A DNA stretch of 64,000 nucleotides, taken from positions 7,108 to 71,107 of the forward strand of contig JBAWZA010000012.1 of assembly GCA_037143335.1 (NCBI GenBank). Reading direction: 5' to 3'. The notes under the pieces are model-generated. The model did no database searches and was not told the origin of the DNA. It saw nothing but the letters and a program-made list of their open reading frames with translations. The position numbers were made by a program, and so were the translations under genes. The DNA is from a bacterium (GTDB taxonomy: Bacteria > Bacteroidota > Ignavibacteria > Palsa-1295). Shown here one piece after another: positions 63,601 to 64,000 of the stretch (the first letter of the stretch is position 1; every line of letters starts with the position of its first letter).

Positions 63601-63999
63601 ATTCCCTTCGTATGGTCCATAGCCAAGAGGATCCAAGTTCTTCGCAGTTGATTCGAGAATCGAACGAATCTCAGTACCAGTCAAACTTGGATCATGCGCA
63701 AGCATCAAGCCCGCAACGGCAGCGGCAGCTGGTGAGCTAAAACTTGTGCCTTGAATAAATTTGTAACCATTTGCTCCGCTCAAGGTCATAATATGTTCAG
63801 ATGGAGCGATAATATCCATTCCCGATCCATGCGTGGAAGTACTTACTTCACTTTCTGAAACATTATCACTTGCAAGCACAGAACCGCCTACCGAAATACA
63901 TTCATCAAAATCCGAAGGATAGTGGGGAAGCGTAGAACCATCATTACCGCTTGATGCGAAAATGATAACGCCTTTACTCACGGCATATCGTATCGCATC
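60640..63999 (-). CDS. T9SS cargo: S8 subtilase + FG-GAP repeats + FN3/Ig + CTD (5'-partial)
   Basis: Frame is open to the window end; ASSGN and GTSFSSP (catalytic Ser); DIDGDGK, DINGDGK, DFNADGK, DFDGNGK repeats; YPNP...PSGVY CTD. Confidence 0.88.
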   Translation of the reverse strand, partial: DAIRYAVSKGVIIFASSGNDGSTLPHYPSDFDECISVGGSVLASDNVSESEVSTSTHGSGMDIIAPSEHIMTLSGANGYKFIQGTSFSSPAAAAVAGLMLAHDPSLTGTEIRSILESTAKNLDPLGYGPYEGNGRIDALAALKYIGSSAIKIESPNQNRAFHVGAKVVVIGSSISALFKSFEVTVTKSDTRLQNPTITKLITSDSQKLNDTLAVWDTKNFANGSYVITLSVNTSGEHTIVENITIHLFSSAPQFTSSAVIPIYVNEKRGLLIDATTDTLTSTTLYFKPQGVSDWKTKKDDRITKEHNILLTNEDAPISTPLELELIAYTQSGDSATINLSGIITPETVNEQGFVEKNYALPTGYVLDTVLPTSNGDQVVENVFPDGTNFGPLNIFTFDKKNRRFTLVDSLTTPWIPRSIGNTTGDNKPELLLQSGHSYLLYKQNTSHSLLGDIINSNAAGSRSLAVGLTDIDGDGKQELVVEDTIASNELAFKIYKLSGTSATQIATLRDTSPPAPHYLQNNFNEPDARFADINGDGKPEIITADGDADILAFQYDQSTPNHSTTIFQDVNDGETEGRLVTSGDFNADGKTDIALAYHTPYDPNSDNEYAASYWTVKVMLGNGDATFKTVYVDHFYLARSLLPYRASIAAIKNVTGNSGDNLILSLFPNFYLLQFDASSKTMKPVWHYPLSNSPRGAIAFDFDGNGKREFGFNTGDSLHFFEYTDAFVDQTTAPSGLEVVPRDTNRVDITWGKINGATEYYILRAAATKGAFYIPLDSTKNPNYSDTTVFNDSNYIYAVQAYDESNNIALSNPSFGEFAHVHPKPHLLSAQSLDSKVTLRTSEPMSTEVLDGGAFVIDDSIFLTSAIVASDSAIILTAQLPLFPLSTHHVSVSSFAVRDKWNSPFDDSEKISWKSDAILTAEEFYITRWKFEGTTTIFVEFNLLPDDNALDPSHYTLFPFGKIGYVERVVGNPNAVTLTLTSGTIISALGTPFVLCVKDITAEQHILLEATTGNCAGETLTEPDLDHIMVYPNPVTTSDNTMTFARLTAEAEIAIYTLDNRFINRIKTSDRTGGVTWDLNDDSGRAVPSGVYWYHVTGKDDHGNSVKPNESKFVIIKNK

Positions 64000-64000
64000 G

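Overview
Gene-dense bacterial chromosomal window, most consistent with a Bacteroidota/Chlorobiota-related lineage (Kapabacteria/Ignavibacteria-like; this is an inference). Supporting signs are type IX secretion (T9SS) C-terminal domains, PorE-like PD40/OmpA proteins, Gln-first mature proteins, TAnnTTTG promoter boxes and bshB1. Core genes (hup, argS, nadD, mfd, ligA, rodZ, ffh, rdgB, radA, speA, sdhA, addA-like, ald, nuoGHI, gdhA, bamD, tgt) and three CCA-less tRNAs (Glu-TTC, Leu-CAG, Ser-CGA) are interleaved with five T9SS cargo genes and several lineage-specific exported proteins. I see no CRISPR array, transposase, integrase or prophage. Leads worth following: (1) a T9SS cargo gene split by a single in-frame TAG, with an AT-rich head on a cohesin-like/CTD tail shared with another gene; (2) a RIC-type hemerythrin gene 13 bp upstream of an AddA-like helicase-nuclease that has a four-Cys nuclease domain and no addB nearby; (3) a RavA-like ATPase divergent from an ald-nuoGHI unit; (4) two tandem secreted paralogs sharing a 'WNKK' motif, with repeated or structured leaders; (5) an ECF-like promoter motif before tRNA genes. 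None of these is a proven new system; each needs the checks listed.
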